From an uncultured bacterium (GTDB taxonomy: Bacteria > Krumholzibacteriota > Krumholzibacteriia > Krumholzibacteriales > Krumholzibacteriaceae): DNA of 35,389 nt. The stretch is from NCBI GenBank assembly GCA_965371515.1, contig CBDUYR010000027.1, positions 1 to 35,389 on the forward strand, written 5' to 3'. Below are positions 27,867 to 35,389 of this stretch, one piece after another; position 1 is the first letter of the stretch, and every line of letters begins with the position of its first letter. Position numbers and translations under genes: made by a program. The notes beneath the pieces were generated by a model. The model was not told the origin of the DNA and made no database searches. It saw nothing but the letters and a program-made list of their open reading frames with translations.

Positions 27867-28204
27867 ACAGGATCTCCTTCAAGGGAGCTTCCGCCGTGAT
27901 CGTCGATTTCGCCGAGAGGTTCCTTGAGCTCCATCCGGTCAGGATCGAGCCTGCAGAGGAAGTGCGCGAGAGGTACGGGAGAGACCTCGAGAGCCTCGCC
28001 GGCGCAGAGAAAGTCGAGCTGAGGCACCTGGAAAACGTGATGGATTTTTTCTACGAACACGGAGTCGAGCAGGCGGAACTCGACGAGCTGACCTCGTCGC
28101 GCAGGCACGAGCTCGCCGAACTGGCGAGGGACGCGGCCGTGCTGGAGCGCCGCCTTACTGACGGCACGATAATGGATGTCATGATCCTCGACGATACCGT
28201 CTGA
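27863..28204 (+). CDS. Hypothetical acidic protein (113 aa), translationally coupled to the pentapeptide gene
   Basis: ATGA overlap at 27863-27866 with GGAGAGG upstream. Codon usage matches neighbouring genes from MNRISFKG onward. Confidence 0.65.
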   Translation: MNRISFKGASAVIVDFAERFLELHPVRIEPAEEVRERYGRDLESLAGAEKVELRHLENVMDFFYEHGVEQAELDELTSSRRHELAELARDAAVLERRLTDGTIMDVMILDDTV

Positions 28205-28209
28205 GGCGC

Positions 28210-30498
28210 TTACCTCAGCAGCACCAACTTGCTGCTCAACTCCACTCCATCGGCCTTGAACTTGTAGAAATAAACGCCGCTCGAGACTCTGGCCCCGCTG
28301 TCATTCATCCCGTTCCATCTGACCTGGTGGGTGCCGATGCCGAAGTGCCTGCTTCGCACGAGGCGCCTCACCGTACGGCCAGCCGCATCGTATATCGTGA
28401 TGTTGACATCCGTGTTGTTTGCCACGTAGAACTCGATCGTCGTTGTCGGGTTGAACGGGTTCGGGTAGCTCCCTATCAACGTTGTCGGCGTCTCCGGCGT
28501 CGGCGGATCGGCGTCGACCGTGAACAGCGGAATGCCGGCGAGACGCAGGTCCCTGCACGTCTGTCCGTCGGGTGTCTCCGAGACGACCTCGAGGAGGTAG
28601 AGGCCGCCGGGGAATCCCGTCGTGTCCCAGTAGAATGTGTCGATCGCGCCGTTGCCCTGAAGGACCCCGGCGGCGACCTCGATCCAGCCGGGATCGGCCG
28701 CTGCCGGAATAGCCAGGCGGCTCCCGCCGCCGCTGGTATCGGGCGGGGATACTTTGACATACCCAGCTATTCTCGCGTCGCTCGTTGCGGTGGTGTCGAC
28801 CTTGTATCCCACGAGGGTGGGTTTGCCGTCATCGTCGTGGCTGACGGCGTATTCGTTGTTTTCGGTGCCTTCGCCTCCCCATGGATCCATGAAGTCGAGC
28901 GAGTATGAGACGTGCATCGCCTGAACAGGCCCCTGTTCTGTCTCATACACTGTCGACCCCTTCGAACCGAGCGTCACGCAATGCTGCACCGTATCCCCGT
29001 TCGGAAGGACGTTCTCGACGATCATCATCACATCCTCGCCGTCCGCCTCGAACTCGTCGAACATATCCCCGATATCGAGGTATTCGTCGATCTCCTTGTG
29101 TTCAACGGTCCATCCGCTCTGTCTGTGCGACTGCAGGTAGCTGTTGATCCCGGCGACCATGCCGGCGGCCGTCGTTCCCGTGGTGGAGTTTGTTCCCATC
29201 GCCGTGCCGAGCTCCCCGGCCATCTGCTCGCCTGTCTGCTCTGGTTTGGCCGTATTGCCCCCCGGATGCTCGAGCTCGGGATGCCCGTTGTCGGCGAAGT
29301 ATTTCAGGCAGCTCGCCGCGGAGGCTGGGCCGCACGACTTTTCATTGAGGGTGGTGTCCGGACCAATGGCCAGCTGGTTGACCGGTGTAAGGGGCCTCTT
29401 GAAATCGAATCCGAGGGGGAATACCTGGACCTTTACCGGGGGGGGAAGCACCATATATTTTAAAAAGCGGATAATAAGGAGGACCAGGTTGCCCGGTTTG
29501 GCGTAGACGACCGAGTCGGGATCGATCTCCACGAATTCCGGGAACGGCGGAATCGGATCGATGAAGACGGGAGCGCCGATGCCGCTGACCGGGCCGTTGC
29601 GTACCGTGTTCGCCGTTACCTGCATCTCGTACAATTCTCCGTCGGGCGGGAAGGTCCACCTGTCGAGATATCCCGACCAGCCGTCGCCGCTGCCCTTGTC
29701 CTCTATCGTCGACCAGCTCTCTGCGCTTCCGTCGGTGTCGTCGGCGAACGGCATCCAGGGATCGGGGCTGCCCATGACCCTGTAGCTGAATTCCACGGAT
29801 GTGACCTTGTACGGACCGGATACCGTCGCCGATACCCTGAAGAGATCCTCGTTTTCAGGGTATGGCACGAGTATGTCGGATCCCTTCATCCTGTCTACGA
29901 TGATGTGCGCCTCGGGAGGGTAGTACGGCGTCATCTCCACGTGAATGATCCTCATCATGCCGACTGCCACACCGAACTCGTCGAAGAGCAGTGTTTCAGA
30001 AACAGGCGTGGGGTTGCTATATGGATCGAAATAAGAGGGGAAGTCGTCCACGAACCCCACGATAAAATCCGGGGCAGAGTTGTTAAGGAGCATCCCCGGC
30101 ATTATGTCGGGAAGCTCGATTTCGATATAGACGTCGAAAAAGCTCTCGGCGGGGAAATCGATCCCCGGCTCGATGCTTCTCACATGTCCCGGCGAGGGAA
30201 GGCCGGAGTTGCGGGCGATGATCCCCGTACCGGTAAGGTCCATCGAAACGATCTCCGTCTCTATCTCGATGTGACCGTCGGGCGCTTCGACCGGGTCGGA
30301 CCAGCTGATCTCCCAGGTCCCGGACATCGTGTACATCTCCATGCCGAGTCCGTAGATCTCGATCTCGACGATGACGTTGGCGAACACGATCTCGTTGTTC
30401 ACGAACTGGGCCGTGTCGCTCATCGTCGACTGGTGCGGCCATACGAAAAGAAACGCCGCGGCAAGCGCGACGATCGCGAGGCATTTACAGTTCTTCAA
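28210..30498 (-). CDS. Secreted multidomain protein with C39-like (papain-fold) peptidase domain and FlgD-Ig/T9SS type-A-like tail
   Basis: Signal peptide, AESFFDVYIEIELP domain, NQ..SCGPASAASCLKYF, HCVTL and FMDPW. Tail SYPNPFNPTTTIEF..IYDAAGR..WNG..SSGVYF..KLVLLR. Start set at TTG 30498 with a GGAGG RBS. Confidence 0.78.
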   Translation of the reverse strand: MKNCKCLAIVALAAAFLFVWPHQSTMSDTAQFVNNEIVFANVIVEIEIYGLGMEMYTMSGTWEISWSDPVEAPDGHIEIETEIVSMDLTGTGIIARNSGLPSPGHVRSIEPGIDFPAESFFDVYIEIELPDIMPGMLLNNSAPDFIVGFVDDFPSYFDPYSNPTPVSETLLFDEFGVAVGMMRIIHVEMTPYYPPEAHIIVDRMKGSDILVPYPENEDLFRVSATVSGPYKVTSVEFSYRVMGSPDPWMPFADDTDGSAESWSTIEDKGSGDGWSGYLDRWTFPPDGELYEMQVTANTVRNGPVSGIGAPVFIDPIPPFPEFVEIDPDSVVYAKPGNLVLLIIRFLKYMVLPPPVKVQVFPLGFDFKRPLTPVNQLAIGPDTTLNEKSCGPASAASCLKYFADNGHPELEHPGGNTAKPEQTGEQMAGELGTAMGTNSTTGTTAAGMVAGINSYLQSHRQSGWTVEHKEIDEYLDIGDMFDEFEADGEDVMMIVENVLPNGDTVQHCVTLGSKGSTVYETEQGPVQAMHVSYSLDFMDPWGGEGTENNEYAVSHDDDGKPTLVGYKVDTTATSDARIAGYVKVSPPDTSGGGSRLAIPAAADPGWIEVAAGVLQGNGAIDTFYWDTTGFPGGLYLLEVVSETPDGQTCRDLRLAGIPLFTVDADPPTPETPTTLIGSYPNPFNPTTTIEFYVANNTDVNITIYDAAGRTVRRLVRSRHFGIGTHQVRWNGMNDSGARVSSGVYFYKFKADGVELSSKLVLLR

Positions 30499-30539
30499 GG
30501 GGCCCTCCTCCCGGCGAGAAATGTGGATATGCAAAGCGC

Positions 30540-30569
30540 ATTATATCATGATGTTATGGAATAATCCAA
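30540..30569 (-). promoter_or_regulatory. Extended -10 promoter upstream of the peptidase gene
   Basis: Minus strand TGA-TATAAT (30548-30540), with a weak -35 TTGGAT at 30569-30564. Confidence 0.5.
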
Positions 30570-30600
30570 GACACTTATGTTCTGACCGTTCTGTCAGGCG

Positions 30601-32562
30601 CTATTTCGGTGCGAAGATCTGAATGCGGTTGTTCGCCGTGTCGGCGATGTAGACCCAGCCCTCCGGCGAGATCGCCACCCCGCCCGGGCGGGAGAACTCG
30701 CCCGGCCCGTCGCCGGAAGAGCCGATGCTGGAGACCTCGTTTCCCGATGGATCGAGGATGTCGAGCCTGTCGAGATCGTAGTCGAGGACGTAGATATTGC
30801 CGCTGGCGTCGACGGCGAGATCGGTCACGCAGAGGTCGGGCCCGAGAGTGCCGAGGTACTGCCCGGTCCTGTCGGATTTCATGACGCCGCCCGACAGGCA
30901 GCCGGCCGTGTAGATGTTCGATGCCTCGTCGAAGGCGGCCCCGTGCGCCAGAACTGAGGGGAACCGCCCGACGAACCTGCCGGACAGGCTATATATCGAG
31001 AAACTGCTCGTGCCGTTGTCGCAGACGGCGATCAGGCTGTCCGGCCCCGCCGCGATCCCCTCGAGCTGGATGAATTGTCCCTCGCCGGTGCCTTCCTCGC
31101 CCCACTGGCCGAGGAATGTCCCGTCGGCCGAGAACTTCTGCACCCGGTGGTTGCCCGAATCGGATACGAGGACGCTTCCGTCGGCAGCGACCGCGATCCC
31201 GGTGGGGAAGAGGAACAGCCCTTCGGAAAAGCCGTATGATCCCCACTCATGCACGTACTTGCCGATGTAGTCGAATACGACGACCCTGTGATTGTTCTGG
31301 TCGGTCACGTAGACGTGCCCCTGCTGCCCGATGGCTATCCCGCGCGGTTGATTGAACTCACCCCTGTCTGTCCCGGGGGTCCCCCACATCTTAACGAAGA
31401 TATGGTCCGCGGCCTCGAACGGGCCCGAATCGAGGACGATGCTGTCGGCCAGCGCTTTCGCTTCGAAGTACGGCATCCCCCAGGCGAGAATGCCCGGCTC
31501 GAACCGTCTCGAGATCGACAGGCCGCCTGTAAGGCTCCATCTCCAGATGGGGAACTGCTCGACCTCGCAGTTCGCGCCGATCCAATGGTCGACGCCGATT
31601 ACGGCCGTATCGGCCGAATAGAACGAAACGCGTAACTCGGTCCGGACCGCGATCCTGATCGAACAGTCGCTCAACGGGCCGATGGTCATCTCCGGCAGCT
31701 CGAATGCCAGGACTGGTGTGCCGCTTGTCCCTTCCCACCGGCTGGAGAAATCCATGCCGGCGCTTATCGTGTGGCTCCCCGCGTATCCCGCGTCGCATGG
31801 CTCTGTCGAGCTTCCCTCGATATCGGAGACGATGTAGATGTCGAGCTCGAGCATCACCGGTATGGGGACGTTTCCTATCTTCATCCTGGCCGGCTGCTGG
31901 AGGGATGCGACCTTTATTATACCGGAGTGCCGTATCTCCGACGGCAGGTCGGCATGGATGTCGAGATCGATCTCCATGCCTCCCTCGAGCGAGATCCCGA
32001 GCCGCGTGATCCTGCGCATGTTGATAGCGATCCCTAAATCGATTGCTGGTGAGAAGGCGATGCTGCCCCTCTCGATGGCGACGACGGGAGAACCAGCTTC
32101 TCCTCCGTAGAGGACTATTCCGTCGAGACTGATGCCGGGCCCGACAGTGAGCGCCGCAGTTTCCATGAAGGCGGCTGAACCCGGGCCGATCATGAATGTC
32201 CTGTCGTCATACCCCATGACGACGGCGTTGACGAGGAACCGGGGTTTAGTCTTGATCCTGAGCAGGTTTCCATCGGTTTCGACCAGGAGCACGCGGCGTA
32301 TATATCCTCCCCTCTCGCTTCCTACGAGAAGTTCGCCCTCGCTGACTGTCCGCCCGCCGAGACACTCGAGGATCAGGCTGTCATCGAAGATGTCGTGAAG
32401 CTTCATGTCCGGATAGTCGTCGACAACGACGACATCGTCCGAGATCCAGGTCCGGGGATAGTCGGAGGGCGAACCGGGGACATCCTCTCCCGAGCATCCG
32501 GCGAGGATAATGGCCGCTGCGAGGACGAAGAGGGCCAGCCTGTATATCCTCATCCCGGTCAT
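30601..32562 (-). CDS. Lipoprotein with C-terminal NHL-repeat beta-propeller
   Basis: Lipobox LAGC and repeats GEFNQPRGIAI..VYVTDQNNHRV, LFPTGIAV..SDSGNHRVQKF and FSRPGGVAI..ADTANNRIQIF. ATGA overlap with the upstream gene at 32562-32559. Confidence 0.85.
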   Translation of the reverse strand: MTGMRIYRLALFVLAAAIILAGCSGEDVPGSPSDYPRTWISDDVVVVDDYPDMKLHDIFDDSLILECLGGRTVSEGELLVGSERGGYIRRVLLVETDGNLLRIKTKPRFLVNAVVMGYDDRTFMIGPGSAAFMETAALTVGPGISLDGIVLYGGEAGSPVVAIERGSIAFSPAIDLGIAINMRRITRLGISLEGGMEIDLDIHADLPSEIRHSGIIKVASLQQPARMKIGNVPIPVMLELDIYIVSDIEGSSTEPCDAGYAGSHTISAGMDFSSRWEGTSGTPVLAFELPEMTIGPLSDCSIRIAVRTELRVSFYSADTAVIGVDHWIGANCEVEQFPIWRWSLTGGLSISRRFEPGILAWGMPYFEAKALADSIVLDSGPFEAADHIFVKMWGTPGTDRGEFNQPRGIAIGQQGHVYVTDQNNHRVVVFDYIGKYVHEWGSYGFSEGLFLFPTGIAVAADGSVLVSDSGNHRVQKFSADGTFLGQWGEEGTGEGQFIQLEGIAAGPDSLIAVCDNGTSSFSIYSLSGRFVGRFPSVLAHGAAFDEASNIYTAGCLSGGVMKSDRTGQYLGTLGPDLCVTDLAVDASGNIYVLDYDLDRLDILDPSGNEVSSIGSSGDGPGEFSRPGGVAISPEGWVYIADTANNRIQIFAPK

Positions 32563-34421
32563 ATTCCCCACCTCTCGAACACGACGTCGGCTATCGAATC
32601 GGTCGACTCGTGCCTGAAGAACCAGAGGGGAAACCCGAAGTGGACGCTCGGGGCGGCGACACCGCCCGGTGTATCGGGGACGACATCATCGAACAGTGTC
32701 ACCCAGATCGCCACCGTCTGCCCGTCGAGGACAGATGAGGGTGAGGCGGCCCGCATACGATATAATGGATGGAAGCAGTACCTCGATGTGGCGGCTATCA
32801 TGGGAAACCAGTAGTCGGGATCGTATACCTCGACGTAGGTGAACCCGCCGGGCGAGCATGTCGAATCGGTGCAGAAGAAACTCCCGACGGACGTCACCTC
32901 GTCGCGCAGGGCGAGGATCTCCGGCAGGCTGGCGCATGCGGCCGTCACCGGGTCATCGTCGTCTCTCAGAGCGGACCGCAGCACGTCATAATGATGGAGT
33001 GTCCTCAAGGGCATAGGGGAATCGGTTCTGAACCGGCCGATCACCTTGTCGATCACCGTCACGCAGTAATCCCTGTACGGGAGACTTTTTATGCCGCTGT
33101 TGTCGCTGCAACCGCCGCCAGGACCGTTGATCTCGCATCGGATGTCGATCGGGAAGATGCGGGCCTCGTCCTGCAGGACTGCGGCGAGGCCACCGCCCCC
33201 GTCTGACCTCCCCGAGGTCCATACGTGCCCGCCCTTCTCCAGGAATATCGATATGATGTTCGGTGTCTCGTCCCTCGAGATGCCCGGCGCGGATTCAGGG
33301 GTGAACTCGACGATCCGGCTCCACCTGTTGGCCGACTCGGGCGAGTAGGTCCAGACGACGTTCCTGTACTGTCCGATCAGTTCGATCGATGGGGCCCTCG
33401 ACCATGTATAGGTGTCGTAGATGTCCCTTGCTTCGTCGAATCCGGCCGCCCTCGAGCAGATCGAGGTCCAGAATGCATCGTGCTCGCTCTCGGAAGGAGA
33501 GGAGAGGTCGGGCAGGGGATGGGAGGGGGCATAGTAGTCGTCTACGAGGAGGAGGTCCCTGTCCATCTCCCAGGGGATGATCTCGATCGTGATCTGTCCG
33601 CGCGTGATGTTCCCCGCGATGTCCGCGGCCTCGACTGTTATCGTGTGGACGCCCGAAAAGAACGCGACAGGCGCGCTGCGGATCGTACCCGGCTCGTAGG
33701 GGGCGTCCCAGTGCTCGAGGGACGTGATGTCCCAGCCGTAACGGTAACCCGTGATCTCGCTGCTGTACTGATCGGCGTTGCCTTTCCAGTAGAACGAGAG
33801 GCTGATGCCTGCCGGGAGCATCCTCTCCTCGGGCCTGAACGAGGTGCCGATGAATATGAAGTTCGCGAGGACGCGCTCGGCGATATTGAGGAGCGGCCCG
33901 CTGCTGTAGGTGACGGTGAAGTGACGGGCGTTCGTTTCCCGTTTGAAGATCTCTGTGACATTGCCTTCGCCGTCACGGCCCTGGACGAAGAAGTAGTGCC
34001 TGCGTCCGTAGGTGAGGAGCTCGTCGTCGCCGATTATCGTCGTTCTCCCCGAATCTTCCGGGGCGTAGTACGAGATCCAGTCCGACCAGAGGGTGTCGTA
34101 CCTGGCGGGATTTTCGTTGATGTCCCCGACCATGTCGAAGGTGGTGTCGTAGTTCCCGTTGGTGTCGACGAGCATCGTCGCGAAGTACCGGACGTCGACG
34201 GCCGGCTGCTCTCCGGTCGACGACCAGGAGAATCTCGTTACCTCGAGATATTTGGGGATGCCGCTCACATAGGGTGGTGAGATTATGGTGAGAGCTGGCG
34301 CTATGATCGAGTCCGGATCGCCAGGACCGGTCGGACCGGTATCGTTCCTCCCGCACCCCGCGGACGCGAGAAGCACAAGGGCGGCAAGAATGTACCTGGC
34401 CATCCTCCCGGGCATGGTCAC
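32559..34421 (-). CDS. Large uncharacterised lipoprotein; paralog of 22159..24393
   Basis: Lipobox ASAGC. Shared blocks WSDWI..DSG..GDDE.L, ESEHD.FW, GGH.WT.G, YRD.CV..DKV, CFHP.YR and APSVH.GFPLWF. Confidence 0.8.
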   Translation of the reverse strand: MTMPGRMARYILAALVLLASAGCGRNDTGPTGPGDPDSIIAPALTIISPPYVSGIPKYLEVTRFSWSSTGEQPAVDVRYFATMLVDTNGNYDTTFDMVGDINENPARYDTLWSDWISYYAPEDSGRTTIIGDDELLTYGRRHYFFVQGRDGEGNVTEIFKRETNARHFTVTYSSGPLLNIAERVLANFIFIGTSFRPEERMLPAGISLSFYWKGNADQYSSEITGYRYGWDITSLEHWDAPYEPGTIRSAPVAFFSGVHTITVEAADIAGNITRGQITIEIIPWEMDRDLLLVDDYYAPSHPLPDLSSPSESEHDAFWTSICSRAAGFDEARDIYDTYTWSRAPSIELIGQYRNVVWTYSPESANRWSRIVEFTPESAPGISRDETPNIISIFLEKGGHVWTSGRSDGGGGLAAVLQDEARIFPIDIRCEINGPGGGCSDNSGIKSLPYRDYCVTVIDKVIGRFRTDSPMPLRTLHHYDVLRSALRDDDDPVTAACASLPEILALRDEVTSVGSFFCTDSTCSPGGFTYVEVYDPDYWFPMIAATSRYCFHPLYRMRAASPSSVLDGQTVAIWVTLFDDVVPDTPGGVAAPSVHFGFPLWFFRHESTDSIADVVFERWGI

Positions 34422-34506
34422 TCACTTTCACAGGGGTGCCCTGAATATAAATAACGGCGTTCTGCTGCGCCAGTGCGGGGCGGATATATCGTCTGTCAGT
34501 CGTTGA

Positions 34507-34535
34507 ATTATACTACTGAACGGTGCCGTGTGCAA
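34507..34535 (-). promoter_or_regulatory. sigma70 promoter of the lipoprotein/NHL operon
   Basis: Minus strand TTGCAC (34535-34530), 17 bp, TATAAT (34512-34507). Confidence 0.65.
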
Positions 34536-34629
34536 CATTTCCCGAACATCTCCCGCAGGGTATTCACGGCTCGCATCAGGCATAAGCGCTTGCATACCAT
34601 CGATTTATAAAAAATCTTCATTCTTCCCC

Positions 34630-34663
34630 TTGACAATGTATACTGTTTAGTATATAGTATACA
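34630..34663 (+). promoter_or_regulatory. sigma70 promoter with overlapping inverted-repeat operator for the XRE gene
   Basis: TTGACA (34630-34635), 17 bp, TATAGT (34653-34658). TGTATACT (34637-34644), 11 nt, AGTATACA (34656-34663). Confidence 0.78.
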
Positions 34664-34664
34664 C

Positions 34665-35021
34665 ATGATGAAGATATTCGGAGATTACATAAGGAAGAGA
34701 CGCGAAGAGCTCAGGGCCCGGGACAGGGAGTTCTCTGTCCGTAAGGTCGCGGCGAGACTCGGCGTCCAGCCGTCGTATCTCAGCAAGATCGAGCGGGGAG
34801 AACAGGCGCCTCCGACAGAGGTGAAGATCGTAGCGCTCGCGGAGATACTCGGTGAGGACCCCGATGTCCTCCTGGCCCTGGCGGGCAAGGTCTCGAGAGA
34901 TCTGCGCGACGTAATAGTGCGCCGCCCGCAGCTTTTCGCACAACTCATACGCCAGCTCAAGGACATGCCCGACCACGCGGTGCTTCGAGTAGTACGCGAG
35001 GTCAGGGACGGCAGCTGGTAA
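34665..35021 (+). CDS. XRE-family helix-turn-helix transcriptional regulator
   Basis: FGDYIRKRRE..SVRKVAARLGVQPSYLSKIERGEQAPP..LAEILG..D.LLALAGKV. Confidence 0.9.
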   Translation: MMKIFGDYIRKRREELRARDREFSVRKVAARLGVQPSYLSKIERGEQAPPTEVKIVALAEILGEDPDVLLALAGKVSRDLRDVIVRRPQLFAQLIRQLKDMPDHAVLRVVREVRDGSW

Positions 35022-35036
35022 GACAGGAGTGGAGTC

Positions 35037-35389
35037 ATGATAGAACTCAATAATGACCATCTCGTTTTCTCTTTTCCCGAGGTGCACCCGGATGCGCGCC
35101 TGCGGATCGATTTCCAGCGGACGCTGCGGATCCCCGACGACGGGAAGGATTATTTTCTTCCTCCCGGCCTGGGGAGCTTCCCGTTGCGGCATGTCGACGA
35201 TTATCACGGCAGGGTCCCCTGCGACTGGCTCGAGCATGGCGGCGTGATGCTGCCGATGCACCAGGCCGAGGCGATGTGGCTCAACTTCGATTCGGCGTAC
35301 ATACCCGAGCACGAGACGTCGTACCCGTTCGCCGTGAAGATCGCGGCCGGCAAGATCGACGCGGTGACCGGCGAGAACTGGACGAACGG
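35037..35389 (+). CDS. Conserved hypothetical protein (3' partial; absent from ORF track)
   Basis: GGAG RBS and ATG at 35037, open to the window end: MIELNNDHLVFSFPEVHPDARLRIDFQRTLRIPDDGKDYFLPPGLGSFPLRHVDD..GGVMLPMHQAEAMWLNF..FAVKIAAGKIDAVTGE. Confidence 0.85.
   Translation, partial: MIELNNDHLVFSFPEVHPDARLRIDFQRTLRIPDDGKDYFLPPGLGSFPLRHVDDYHGRVPCDWLEHGGVMLPMHQAEAMWLNFDSAYIPEHETSYPFAVKIAAGKIDAVTGENWTN

Noticed and set aside
30557..30564. TGGAATAA identical to one arm of the Rrf2 operator, in the peptidase promoter
   Set aside because: Only one half-site, with no partner arm at 8-bp spacing. Plausibly chance in AT-rich intergenic DNA.
34647..35312. 221-aa minus-strand ORF and the 35053..35247 plus-strand ORF
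   Set aside because: Shadows of the XRE gene and of the real ORF starting at 35037.

Overview
GC-rich bacterial chromosome segment from a diderm organism. FlgD-Ig/T9SS-type C-terminal tails, a short SWGxxK tail, canonical sigma70 promoters and Shine-Dalgarno sites suggest an FCB-group lineage such as Krumholzibacteria/Latescibacteria (inference). From left to right: (1) a partial secreted protein with a C-terminal SWGAVKSMYR tail; (2) an Rrf2 regulator heading a Cu(I)/Ag(I) RND efflux operon (TolC-like, tandem-YHS protein, CusB, CusA); (3) a complete phosphate regulon (phoB/phoP, phoR, putative porin, pstSCAB, phoU) with three arrays of 11-bp-phased Pho-box-like repeats; (4) on the minus strand, a compact cobalamin riboswitch with a terminator controlling a BtuB-like TonB-dependent receptor and a beta-propeller with a secretion tail; (5) an OmpA lipoprotein and several large uncharacterised surface or secreted proteins (two paralogous lipoproteins, an Asp-rich secreted protein, a C39-like peptidase, an NHL lipoprotein), plus a pentapeptide-repeat gene pair; (6) an apparently leaderless XRE regulator with an operator, followed by a conserved unknown protein running off the right edge. 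No rRNA, tRNA, CRISPR array or mobile element was seen. The best candidates for new biology are the B12-regulated secreted beta-propeller and Fe-S/Rrf2 control of copper efflux. All family assignments come from motif recognition by eye, not database searches.
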